A stretch of 64,000 nt of DNA, taken from positions 1,488,001 through 1,552,000 of the forward strand of contig JADEYG010000003.1 in NCBI GenBank assembly GCA_016906335.1, given 5' to 3'. This document shows, piece by piece, positions 48,349 through 60,642 of the stretch. The DNA comes from Novakomyces olei (lineage: Eukaryota). Each line of letters opens with the position of its first letter. Position 1 is the first letter of the stretch. The notes below the pieces were generated by a model. The model was given only the letters and a program-made list of their open reading frames with translations, had not been told where the DNA came from and did not search any database. Both the position numbers and the translations under genes were made by a program.

Positions 48349-48486
48349 CATACAGTGCGATTAATACATACAGGGCAATTAATACAATACAGTGCAATTA
48401 ATACCATACAGTGCAATTAATACCATACAGTGCAATTAATACCATACAGTGCAATTAATGCCATACAGTGCAATTAATACCATACA
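48349..48486. repeat. Minisatellite, about 7 copies of 19-nt CATACAGTGCAATTAATAC
   Basis: Direct inspection. Confidence 0.92.
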
Positions 48487-48528
48487 CAATAATAAATAAT
48501 AACCTATTCCAGCACAAGAGCCAAACTT

Positions 48529-49237
48529 CTACTTTACAAAATCCCCAAACACAATCTGGCCCTGTTTAGTGTCCCGCTTAAAGCTACCGGCTGCCTCTGC
48601 CGCAGCGTCCTGTAAACGCGTAACTGACTTTAATGCTGTGCTTGCGATGCGCTCAAAGCAGAGCAATGCTGCCCCACACAGATACAAGCAGGCAGTCGTT
48701 CCCCACACTAGCAACAGTAAAACTTCCAGCTTGTACGCAAGTAGAGCGAGCGACAAGGTATGCCTGTGCGCACTGTACTGGTCCGGGTCGATGGCGATGA
48801 CCATGAGAGCCACACACAGTAATCCTCCAGCAAAACTAAATACTGGCAGTATAGCGGCCCGAGAGTTGCAGTGTTCTATCAAGTTTGAAAACAAAAGTGA
48901 CGCTACCAGACAGCGCGCCGCAAATAGTTCAACAAACGAGCTAAACGCGAAAGCGCAGACAGTGTCAATGAGCAGCGAGATTACATAGAACAGTATAAAG
49001 TTCGTTGCTCCTAATATTAATGATCCTCGTCAAAGAAATCTTTTGGTTTGGTTGTCTTGTTTACTGTATTATCGTTGGTCGCGACAGGGTTGATTTGTCT
49101 CGTACACTTTTTCTTTTTCTTTTTCTTTTTTTTTTTTTTTTTGCTTTCTCTTTTTTGCTGTATTCCAAATATTTCCATTGGGCTAGAATCTTACGTTGTG
49201 ACCATCCGAGCTTTTCTTTGGCCAGTGTGAGAAGCAT
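48529..49237 (-). CDS. Orphan small multi-pass membrane protein (~175 aa), 2 exons
   Basis: ATG 49237 MLLTLAKEKLGWSQ, donor GTAAGA at 49194 and acceptor TAG at 49011 join in frame to ORF 48529-48894; about 4 hydrophobic segments. Confidence 0.5.
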
Positions 49238-49750
49238 TTCAATCTCAAACCGCAGTAAGTCGGCAAAATAAACCCGTTTCCCCTAAAACTTGGGATTCCA
49301 GGAGCCGATGGACAATTAAGTGCAAGCTAGTGTTTCGCCTCGGGCACTTGGTGGAACAATCCAAGCTTGAGTAAAAGACCTCGTGACAGTATTGCCATAC
49401 TTAATCCCGCGTGACCTTTTAATGCTGCATAACACGTCACGTGGGCAATTGACGCGAAAAGGACCCCCGACCTTTCTGTCTCACGTACCGGCCCATTGGC
49501 AGCGTGATAACGTTAACAAAGGCGAACGACGGCTCCTTGTTAAATCATATTTATCTTAAAAGGACTAAACGAGCACAGAAGGAAGGTTACGAGAACTAGT
49601 TGACTCAATACCAAATAGTGTTGGTATTGTTCTCTACTAGCGTGATTGTTCTTAAAGATATTTTCCAAATAATACAAAACGTATCTACCGCTGATTCTAT
49701 AATAACAGAAAGTTACTTCCGTCGCACTCTAACGCATGGGCAAACCTGCT

Positions 49751-51542
49751 CTAATGACGATGACCGTACGAGGCCTCAGGTCTTATCCGTAAATTCGTAA
49801 ATTCGTCCAACAACCGTTCACGCGCATTCATTCCCATAGAACGATGACCACGTGCAGCGCTCACCATCCGCATAGCGTCTCCATAACTCTGTGGGACGAG
49901 TTCCGGACCACGAACGCCCGGCACTTTATTGCAAAACGTATAGTTAAACACACAAGTAGTGTCCCGTGCCTTTGTCATGGGATCTACAACATCCGCTGCC
50001 ACTGTCACATCAAACTTGAATCTGTCTCGGGGCCCTGCTCCATTATCAATGGCTCCTTCATGCTGAGAGTCGGGCCGATCGCAGTATACGACTTGCGATC
50101 TGATATCCAGGATACTACCAACAGGGACAGGTCGACGGAAAGACAGTAACGAAGAGTACAGAAACTGTGGCCGTGAAGAGAGGAAAAGAGTGGCATTTGC
50201 AAAAGCCAAGTCAAAGGATTCGCGTAACAAGTATCCGCCAAAGATTGAATTGTGCATATTAGCCTCCTGTGGATGGCAAAGGCAAGTTCGTCGAATCCCT
50301 GTATCGCCGGGGTAAACGACCCCATCGTCCCTCTGAGTCAAAATCCAGCTTTGCCGCCAAGGATCGAGGGCGTGCAAGCCCTCCACGTCGGCCCATACTT
50401 TATGGATCTCTGAAAATTCTTCGGGTGAAGGTGCCTCTTTGGACAAGTCATGGTCCCTCCAAAACTTTATGTTGGCCATGTCTTTAGCAGCCAGATCATT
50501 GATACGCTGCTCCGTTGGGCCTTCGACGATAAGTGGGTTTATTGCCTTTGATTTTCCGGTGCGAGTATCCCTAGCGACAAAGGTAAATTTGGCCATAAGA
50601 ATAGGAGTCCAGCCATCTTCGCTCTGTCCAACCGCTTTAGCATCCGGATGACCCTGACTCTCTACACGTGTAACAATCTGCATTGACGATCGACCGACAT
50701 ATGTGACATGCCCGCTCAGCCGAAGATCACGTTCCAGCGTGTACGCATTAATAATCTGCATACGGTCAACAGATGCTGTTACAAGCGTTAAAGTATGACG
50801 CGGTCGATCCTTTTTGTCACTGCAATGGTAAAAGGCAACGAGACCGGAAAAGGCATCCAAGTCTTCCATAATCTTGCCGAGTCTTGTGCGAGTTAGCTAC
50901 GTTGCTACTTACGAGTATTGATAACATAAAAGCAATTATACGAGATCGTGTGAACAAAAGACAGAATAAACAAGTAAAAAAACACAATTGAATGAGAAGG
51001 AAAAGCAGCAAAAAAGCAAGAGCAGAGCTGGAATTCAGATCAACAACACCTAAACATAAAAACAATACAACTAAAACCCGTCAAACCAAAACAATGCAAA
51101 AAAAGAATTGACCTAATAAAATATGCATTGTATAGAGAACGAAGCAAACAACGAACGTGAGGATTACCGGAGCCCACCAAAATTGTTTACGTATTGGTCT
51201 CGTAATGTCTGATTGTTCGTGAAATCCAAAATGCCTTCAGTGTAAGAATCGTGCATACGCCGAGGGACCAGTTCCTCCTCGTTAATATATTTATCCTCGG
51301 AAGATCCGTCTTTCTTCTCCTCATTGATTTCCTCGTCCCTGTACTGCTGCCGCAAATTCCACAGATGGTTCGTAAAAGTCGTGCGCGAAGGCCGTACGAT
51401 CGGCTCTAAAACAAATGAGAAAAATAAGAATTAAATCAGCCCTACTTGTTGTCAAACTCCGTCGCCATATTGACGGCGTTTTAAAGGAATTTCTAGCCGC
51501 GGCCTGGGCGGTCGCGATCAGCCTCCGTCCGCTGATCGCCAT
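49751..51542 (-). CDS. Mitochondrial double hot-dog acyl-CoA thioesterase (ACOT9-like), 3 exons
   Basis: Basic presequence; YVNNFGGLR|LGKIMEDLDA, LVTASVD, GHVTYVGRSSM, HPQEANMHNSIFGGYLLRESFDLA, FRRPVPVGSIL. Confidence 0.9.
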
Positions 51543-52209
51543 GACAAGAGTATATTGTCGGATATGATAGGCAGTACAACTAGCAATTGATAATGTTTGT
51601 GATATAATAATTCTATGGGATTTTTGGACGGGACGGATCTTTTGAGATTATCATTGCGTTTATAACTGTATCTCTAATATATTAATCTAATTTTTCAACG
51701 TACACAGAATTCCTTACGCCTGGCTGCCGATAGCCGGTGCCCGTATTCGCCAAATAGGGACACGGGCCCCGTCTGCCTTACAGCTTCAATATACATGACG
51801 CAAGGGTTATCGTCAAACACCGTAAACAAACATTGGCTGTGGACAGCAAAAAGTGGGAAACCACGTGTGCTCGATGATGAGAGATTTGTTGGGAGAAGCA
51901 GCTGCTTTTTCTCGCAAAAAATACCGTTTCATGAACCTTTACAGCGCTGGCTACAACAAGTATGGAGAAAAACATATTGCCGTCCCAGAAACAAAGCCCC
52001 CTCCCTACCAATATCCTTGACAAATGACATTCACATACCTGCCAAGACAAGTGGCCATGTTATACCAAGGGGCCTATGATTTTCACGCAGCCGACTGCAC
52101 TATATTAATGGGCCCGTGAAAGGTTTACTGCTCTTCCACCTTGGCTCTCTTGTGTGCTGAAGAGCAAATAAGAAACGAACTTTACGTGCAGGTTTTACTA
52201 CAATCCAAA

Positions 52210-53156
52210 ATGCTTGGAAAATCTGCTCTTCTCTCTGCGTGCGTTGCTGTGCTTTTAGGTGCCAGTAATGTGGCCGCGGCTGGCGTTCCAGCTGCCAATG
52301 GCCGGAATGACATGGGTGCCGTGGAGCCGGCTAACGATATGTAAGTATTTTGCAGGAGAATATCCTACGCCTGTACTGTTGTTTCTTTCTGCCCTTCATA
52401 TTATATATTTGCTTATCATGGCTTTTATTACAGTACGATGGAGCCTCCCGAATAACCTGCTAACTTTTTAGTGGAACGGTTCCAGTTCAGATCTTAGCCT
52501 CTCGCCACTCTATGGCAAAGCGCGCAGAAGGTTCTGCGGAGCCTGCGGCGGGAGATTCTGCGGACCCAGCGGCGAACCCAGCGGAAGCACCACCGGCAGC
52601 GCCACCGGCGGAAGGTTCGAAGGAGCCACCGAAGGAGCCAGCGGAAGCGCCAGCGGGAGGTTCGGAGGACCCAGCGGCGAAGCCAGCGGAAGCACCACCG
52701 GCAGCGCCACCGGCGGAAGGTTCGAAGGAGCCACCGAAGGAGCCAGCGGCAGCGCCACCGGAAGCGCCAGCGGGAGGTTCGGAGGAGCCACCGGCGCCAA
52801 AACCCCCCGCCGGCGGTGAATCAGCTCCTCAAGCACGATCGGCGGAACCACAAATTTCGGAGGAAGAAAAAAACGCCCGAGAGAAATTTGCAAAAGAAGT
52901 TGCAGAAGCATTAGCAGATGGCGACTACGACTTTACGCACGCTGGGGTTTATGAATTTCCAGAGTATAGAATATTGGAAGCCCATCAGATGGCTAAAAGT
53001 CTGCAAGAATCCAAGTCAGAATCTGGCGATCCCGATAAATCCAAAAAGGATCCTGCTCCAACCAAATCAGAGGCAACAATTGGCTTCGTCCCTTCTCTTT
53101 TAAAAATCGCAGCTTTCTTGGCTCCTCTAGCGTTTGCCTTACTTTCTAGCTTTTAA
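52210..53156 (+). CDS. Secreted / probably GPI-anchored Pro-Ala-Glu-rich repeat protein, 2 exons
   Basis: Signal peptide MLGKSALLSACVAVLLGASNVAA; intron 52341-52471 joins in frame to ORF 52512; KR site; duplicated ~105-nt block; hydrophobic C-terminus. Confidence 0.75.
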
Positions 53157-53801
53157 ACGTACATAATTGCATTGTCTTCTTTCAGTTTTTAAATATCTAT
53201 CAAGCGGGACGCTTCAGCAGGTGAAGACGTTTGCACGTGGAACAGCTCACTGTTTAATTTTTTGTTTGTTTTGGAGTTGCCTGCATTTTTTATACACCTA
53301 ATCAAATGTTTGAATGCTGTGATTTGCGTCGTTCCTTTTTGTAAATATTGTAGTTTCCTATAGCAGGTTAATTTAGCCAAATGCTGCGCGAATCCGAGTT
53401 GTGCTGTATGTCGAGTTGTAAAACAAAATCATACTTTTAATCAACGTTTAATGCTTCTTTTCTTTAATACCTTGCCATCGCAGAAATTGCCTTTTACCTT
53501 TTTTACATCATCAAATATTTATATGCCAACAACGTAGCTGGCAGCTGTAAAGCCGAAAAGAATCGCGATGAAAAAGAAGTTGGTGCAGGGGTTAGGGTTA
53601 AATAGTGCAGTTTAAACATACAAAAATAGCAAAATCCATTCAAGTAATATGGTACGAGCTCGCCAGTGTGCCATGTGGGGGTGCGCAGTCTGATAAGGTG
53701 CGATAATATCGGTGGGGGCCACGATATACTCTATACAATATATATCTAGAGTAGATAAATTATGGCATCGAATTCCGGGATATCGTCTCATCGCGCCCCA
53801 A

Positions 53802-54996
53802 ATGGCACAGCAGCAGATTGTCGTAGTAGGCGCTGGCGTTATAGGCCTTACGTGTGCGCTGCATTTAGTCAATGAGGGTCATAAAGTCGTTGTTGTCGCA
53901 AAACATTTCCCGGGCGATGTGAATGTGGAATATACGTCGCCATGGTAAGTGAGGTGGATGCAATCCGAAACAGTCTAATTTTCGAAAGGGCAGGAGCCAA
54001 TTGGCGAAGCGTTTGTGCCAATGATGATCAGCAGCAAATTGCCTTTGAGCGTGAATCGTTTGCCTGGTTTTGGACGTTGGCAGACAAACGTCCTGACTTG
54101 GTCTGGGTAAGGTGAATTTGAGTCGCAGGTCAATAAAACAATTTATATATACATACTGCCGAGTCAAAGAATATCTAGTAATTGATACTAATCAATAGCG
54201 TGTCGAGGCTATTGACTACGTGGACGGGGACAATGCGAGTTACGAAACGAATCAGTCAAGAAAACTATCGGATGTTTGGTTCAGCGATTTTTGCCCGGAA
54301 TTCAAAGTTTTACCGCCAGAATCTCTGCCGGCCGGCGCGACTGAAGGCATTAGTTTCCAGACGGTGACCATTAATGCTCCAAAATATTTGGAGTACTTGA
54401 AAAGCTTATTGGACGAGGCTGGCGTTCTTTACCTGCGCAAGCCTCTGACACATATAAACAATGCTTTCTCCCTGTGTGCACGTGTAGACGCCGTGTTTAA
54501 CTGCACTGGATTGGGCGCACGCTTCCTTCCTGGAGTCCAGGATACCAGAGTCTATCCCACCCGTGGTCAGACTGTTCTTATAGAAAATAAGAACAATTTC
54601 CGCAAGACTTTGGGTCGTGTGGGTAAAGACTACCAGTCCTACATTATCCCGCGGCCAGACGGTGGGATTATCGTTGGCGGATGCCAGGGCCGAGGCGAAT
54701 GGAGCTTCGAAGTTGACCACAAGGCGGCTCAAAGCTATTTGCAAAGTGCTGCCCAGTATCCTTCGTCTCTAGGACTCCTGGTAAAAGACGCAAAGGTTCT
54801 TTCCCACAACGTCGGACTACGGCCCTCGCGTGTTGGTGGAGCTCGTGTCGAGCGCGAGACAGTCCAATTGGCTGACGGTGCAAAGAAGCCGATCATCCAT
54901 GCTTATGGAATTGGAGGCTGGGGGTACCAGGCAGGATATGGGATGGCAGCGACTGCAGTAAGGCTGCTGCCCAAGACAGAGCTGGCGAAATTGTAG
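53802..54996 (+). CDS. DAO1: D-amino acid oxidase (peroxisomal), 3 exons
   Basis: VVVGAGVIGLT, YTSPW|AGANW, NCTGLGA, PTRGQTV, YIIPRP, HNVGLRPSR, HAYGIGGWGYQ; C-terminal PTS1 AKL. Confidence 0.95.
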
Positions 54997-55012
54997 ATGT
55001 ACCTATTTTCCA

Positions 55013-55033
55013 ATAAATAAGTTAATTAATTAA

Positions 55034-55078
<45 letters not shown>

Positions 55079-55120
55079 AATTAATTAATTAATTATATAT
55101 ATAAATATATATATATAATT
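55013..55120. repeat. AT-rich (AAAT)n/(TAAT)n/(AT)n low-complexity tract
   Basis: Direct inspection. Confidence 0.85.
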
Positions 55121-55293
55121 ATGCGCCCCCCTAACATTTCCTTATCTACAGTAAAATAGAGAAAGCCTTATATAATAGTCGATAACCAGTCTTTGTGCAG
55201 CTCTAAAGTAATACAAAGAGGTAAACACGTAAAAGTTTAAACACCAGATCTTTTAGAGTCAGATCCACCTTGACGAAAGGACGCAGGAGGGCA

Positions 55294-57459
55294 ATGCTAA
55301 AGGTATGGTACAAACATTTACAGCAGGCGTATAACCAGTCCTGAAAAATCCACTATTTCAGTGAAACAAAGCTAATGTTGAAGCTGCGCCGCTCGTTCAA
55401 ATCGTCGTTTAGCAACGCGTCAAATGGAGTCAGCGGCAATAACAAAACGCAATCGCCATCTGACAATGGCAGCGAGGCCGCAGCGGAAAATACAAAAACT
55501 TCACAAATATACACACAGCCTCCGAAAAAAGTGATTCGGGCGCTTTACGACTACACTTCACAATCAAAGCCTGAATTGCAGTTTCGGAAGGGCGATTTCT
55601 TTTGGGTTATCGGGATGGAAAACGATACAGACTGGTACGAGGCGTGTAATCCGGCTTCCGGGGCTCGGGGACTCGTACCTGTCCCCTACTTTGAAGTCCT
55701 TGGCAAACATGCGTCGACAGGCTCCGGCCATTCAGTCCCATCAGGCAAAGAGCCTTCGCTAGCGGCTACCGGAGCGGGTGCGGGCAGTAGCAGACCAGCA
55801 GGAGCCCGATCATCGAGCTCGTCGAGCACAAACATGCAAAAGCTGCCGCTTTATGGTATCGTGCAGTACGATTTTCAAGCAGAAAGACCCGACGAACTGT
55901 CAGCTCAGGCGGGCGAGGCAATAGTAGTAATTGCTCAGGCTAATTACGAATGGTTCGTAGCGAAACCGATCGGGCGGCTGGGCGGTCCTGGACTAATCCC
56001 CGTCAGTTTTTGTCAGATTCGGGATATGCAAACGGGCCAGGCGCTCACGCAGGAGGAGGTTCTAGATTTATTAATAAATACGGATCGTATCCCCAAGGTC
56101 GAAGAGTGGAAACGACAGGCAGCAGAGTACAAAAACTCTAGTATATCTTTAGGCAAATTTGATGACGAAGCGGAGCCAGGTTCCGGCGGGAATAGTAGAG
56201 CTTCAAATGCAACGAATTTGCAGAAAAAGCATGACGCAATGGACGTTTCTCGCTCGGTGTCAGCGGCCAGCAGCAGCACACGTTCTGCCAGAACGTCAAA
56301 TAGACGTGGTTCCAGTATGCGTGTTCATGTTGTCTCTGTCAGTATCCCCGAATTCGATTACGACCATGGTCAGTACTGGTTTCTTGTTCGGGCGGCCTTG
56401 TCAAACGGTATGCAGCTTTCACTGTGTCGGTTTTACGAAGATTTCTATGATTTTCAAATTGCTATTCTCGAAGAGTTCCCAGTGGAAGCGGGCCGTACAG
56501 GTAAAATACGGATGCTGCCCTACATGCCGGGCCCATTGTCCTTTGTCGATGACAGTATTTCACAGCAAAGACGGGCAGATTTGGACGAGTATTTAAAGCA
56601 ATTAATTGCCCTCCCCCCTCGGATCTCTCAGGGGTCATTGGTGAACAGTTTTTTCGCTCCTCGTCAGGGCGATGTTGAAGTTCTCGACTCGCAACAGCAG
56701 AATGTTGTACATTCAAGGCCAAAACCGCCTCGTCGATCACAAAAATCTCAGAGTGCAGCTGCACGAGTTTCCGGGTTGTCACAGTTGTCCTTGAACAGCA
56801 CGACTACGCAAAGAAGGGTGGCCACGCCAGTAGCTGATGAAGTGGACACGGATAAAAATAAAAATAAAAATGATGATAATAATAATAGAATCGATATTGA
56901 TAATAAAGATAAGTCCTCGAATGATTTCAATCCGCCTCGGATTGATCCATTATCACTCTCTCGTAAGGAATCAATTTCCTTTGTACAGGGCGTTATGACG
57001 GGCGGTATGAACAGCAAACCAAAGTTTGGCAAGGCGAAGGAAATGCCGGCTGTGGATAACGGGAATGGAACTAATAAAATTGAAAATAATTCGGATAAAA
57101 GCCTGGATAATGAGGGGCCAAGTAGCCTTCCGACCAGCGCCAAGCCTCTTGCTAAAATCGATACGGATCAGCTGGGAGACGCACAGCCGGCAAATGCACC
57201 GGTGCTTGATCAGCTTCCGCCTTTTGTGAAAATCAAAATATTCTACAAGGACGATGTAATTGCTATACGGGTGCCAGGCACAATTTCGCTTTCACAGCTT
57301 AGAGTCAAAATTAAGGACAGGTTTATGTCGAACGACAATATTTCTGCCATCGTGTGGAGGGACACTGCTGCAGATGGAGCTAAACGTGCGATAAAGACTG
57401 ATGATGATCTTTATGAAATGCTTACGTCGAATCAAAAGATGGCACTGTATGTTTCATAG
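55294..57459 (+). CDS. scd2: Polarity scaffold Scd2/Bem1 (SH3-SH3-PX-PB1)
   Basis: PKKVIRALYDY, WYEACNP, YGIVQYDFQAERPDEL, WFVAKPIGRLGGPGLIP, CRFYEDFYDFQI, VKIKIFYKDDVIAIRVP. Probable 9-nt first exon 55294-55302; alternative ATG at 55375. Confidence 0.95.
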
Positions 57460-58390
57460 TCACAAAAGAATTGTTTCGTGAGGAAGGAGTTATTGAATTG
57501 TTGCCTTTTGCTGCTCATGTGTTCATTGCTATTATTATTCTTTTATCAGTTTTGCACAAAGTTGTGTTGGAGTGTGGTGTTTGAACGGTCATATTTGGGG
57601 ACGTTTATATGCGAGATCGGCGGATAAATGCGCGCAAAGCATGGATGCTTGGACTTTCGGTGATTATTGAATCTTTGAATATGTTGAAGCTTGGGCAATT
57701 TCTGTATTATATTCATGAGTCTGGCTTTGTGTGGGTCTGTGTACGAGTATTGGAGACGGGAGCAGACTCAAGAATAGCCGTGCCTCGCTTGGCATTTCAA
57801 CAAGGCCCCGAGAGCAAGTACACAGCGCTTACATTTATTCAGCTTTCACTGTTTATGTGTGGATACCAAGTGCTTCATTGAAGATAGTTTAACGTTTGTT
57901 CTTTGTGAGTGTGAGCTTTAGAATTGAATAATGAAATTGCTGTAAATATGTCTAATATGCACGTATTCATATAGCTTTTGTTCAGAAAAGGGCTGTAAAC
58001 ATTGCTTGCTTTTTGGTGACTTTGCGAATTGCCAAATAGAAACGATTCCAAGAAATCGAACACCTAAACCCTAAAAGTTTGGCCTTACATGATCAAAAGA
58101 GCTTCATTGGGGAAATGACAGCTATTTTACGGGAGTATGGAGCAATTCAAATATAACTCAAATACTTTATCCTGTGAATGCTCAGAGTATGACGTGGGCC
58201 AATCTTTTGCATTCACATAGTTAATATTGGCTATGCATAACCTATTGATTACAGCTTATGTGCCGAGCAATTGAACTGAAAGGCGATCAAAAACTGTCTT
58301 GCTTTCACAAAAGACAGAAATCAAGAGCGCGCGCGTCCGTAAGCATGTTGTATTCGTCGCATTAATACACGATCATCATTGCTATACTAA

Positions 58391-59179
58391 TCATGAGCCT
58401 CCAAACAAACGCGTCAAAAAATTAGACCCAGCCAGATTCGAGTTTGCTCGCATATGAGGCTCAATAAGCACAATTCGATTTGTGCGGTTCTCCTTTGTCG
58501 GGACGTCTACGTAAAGACTGCGCCATTCATGTCCATCTTTTGCCTTTGGATCACGGATAACATAAGCAAACACTTCAGCACTGCCCACGTCTCCCAACAC
58601 CCAAAACCGTACGTAAACATGCTCTAATTCATCCCGACCACGAACCACGGAACTTTGTGGAACACCCTGACTTCGTCGCGGCGGCCCACTGCCCGGGATA
58701 ACGGCCTGCGCTACTTGTTTCATTGAGGAAGCTGGTCCGATTGCGTTTACGCAGTTGGGATCCGCCTTTACACGATCAAAGGCTTCAGAGGCAATTTTGA
58801 CTTCGCCGCCCGTCATTGCGTCTACAAGAGAGTAGGCAGCTACTCCGAGCACAGTGGCAGCAAGCACAATTATAAGAGTACTGCTACTAAACGCAGAGCT
58901 CCGTGCTATGCGCTGAGAGCCTGATAGCTGAGACCAGGACCGTCGAGGATCATCGTGCGGCACAAGGCGGTACATTAGCGACGACTGCCTTTCTTTTTCC
59001 ACCTGTTGCTGCCGACGAGATTCAGATTCACGCATCAAGTCAAACGGATCAATGCGCGGAGGCGACTTTGGATCGGGCGACTTCGGATCGGTAGAGGTTC
59101 TTACCATTGACCGAGTGGAAAAGCATCGAGTAGTTAGTCTGCGGCCTCGCACGCACGCGCGGCAAAGGGATAGTGCCAT
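58391..59179 (-). CDS. TIM21: Mitochondrial import protein Tim21
   Basis: Presequence, WSQLSGSQRIARS, single TM, AFDRVKADPNCVNAIG, EHVYVRFWV, WRSLYVDV. Confidence 0.82.
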   Translation of the reverse strand: MALSLCRACVRGRRLTTRCFSTRSMVRTSTDPKSPDPKSPPRIDPFDLMRESESRRQQQVEKERQSSLMYRLVPHDDPRRSWSQLSGSQRIARSSAFSSSTLIIVLAATVLGVAAYSLVDAMTGGEVKIASEAFDRVKADPNCVNAIGPASSMKQVAQAVIPGSGPPRRSQGVPQSSVVRGRDELEHVYVRFWVLGDVGSAEVFAYVIRDPKAKDGHEWRSLYVDVPTKENRTNRIVLIEPHMRANSNLAGSNFLTRLFGGS

Positions 59180-59266
59180 TATTGACTTGGATCATTAGCT
59201 TGTTAATGTTACCATGGGCAGCGTGCTTTAAGGTACAGAATCTATAAATTTTGTTGAGGCGTTACA

Positions 59267-59511
<245 letters not shown>

Positions 59512-59705
59512 AGACAGGCAGTTCAAGTATTCAAAACGGACCGTAGAAAGCTTCAAATTCTCGTTTCCACTATCCACTCATTGATCGCAATACAATGCTT
59601 ACTAGCACACAGTCTCTACAGTCGCTTTTCCGCCTTTAGCTTACAATACGTGCAACAATTATGCTCTTTAAACTTTTAATTTAATAACATGATGATATTG
59701 ATGCC

Positions 59706-60169
59706 TTAGCGGCGACGGTCGCCGCGGAACTGCGGTCGTGGAGCATCCTGCGCCGAGGTGTCCACCACGGTAACTGGAATTTCGTAGCCCAGAGTCTGCA
59801 AAAGTTCCTTTGTCTCCTTGTCTACGACAAGCTCGCCAGCAAGGTCAGACACCTCAGGTACGTACTGATCCTTGCGCTCACGCTCCTCCTCTTGGAGCTT
59901 GAAGGAAATGCCGCGAACAGGTCCGCGCTGGATACGCTTCATCAAATGCGTCGTGAAACCGGCAATCTTGTTGCGCAGACGCTTGGACGGGATGATTGAT
60001 ACTTCATCCACAATGCGCTTGTTGGTCTGGAAATCAAGCGTCAAACGCGGGTAGAACTTTTCAATGATCACGCGCGAAGCACGCTTCGTGGTTTCTGTGC
60101 TTCATTAGTATACTCAATCAGATTTATGGCACCAAAATGCCAACACTTACTTGTGCGAACGCGACCCAT
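59706..60169 (-). CDS. RPS17: 40S ribosomal protein eS17, 2 exons
   Basis: [33 protein letters not shown]...[36 protein letters not shown]; intron 60150-60095. Confidence 0.98.
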
Positions 60170-60222
60170 TGTGTAGTTTAACGTCGAGTCCGGTGTTCGC
60201 TCGTGTTTGTGTTGCGTACCAG

Positions 60223-60248
60223 CGTGACCGACCGTCTTACCCTACCCT
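60223..60248 (-). promoter_or_regulatory. Homol E (ACCCTACCCT) and Homol D-like (CGGTCACG) elements of the RPS17 promoter
   Basis: ACCCTACCCT at 60239-60248 and CGGTCACG (minus strand) at 60223-60230, 55-80 nt upstream of the ATG; matches the fission-yeast RP promoter elements. Confidence 0.7.
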
Positions 60249-60642
60249 AATTTTATATATGTGTAAGCAATGTTGCAGCACGTTATTTGCATACTAGATT
60301 ACTTGAAGTGTTGTGGGCTGCTTGTAAGAAAGTGTCTCCTTGTTTTAATAATTAAAACACTTTTTATAAACACGAATACGCTTATTGACGCGGCACGCAC
60401 GGTTACGCGCGAGGCCATAAATCAGCGCTATTAAAGCAGTCTTGAGCTGACGGCGCCTGGCACAATTTGGTAGCGGTCCAATCCTATCTCGAAAGCGTTC
60501 CGCCGACTAGTATAAAGCTAAAATAACGTTTTTAAAAGGCGAGAAAAAAGACATTGGGATTAAATCGATCAATTGACGGTTGAATCAGACCAATAATCAA
60601 GCACGAGATTCCGATCAGACGAGACAAGTGCAACCAAAATTA

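Noticed and set aside
48349-48486. Tandem array as a CRISPR-like locus
   Set aside because: Head-to-tail units with no unique spacers, in a eukaryotic context.
57609-58063. Short ORFs between scd2 and TIM21
   Set aside because: No recognisable motifs; consistent with 3' UTR sequence.
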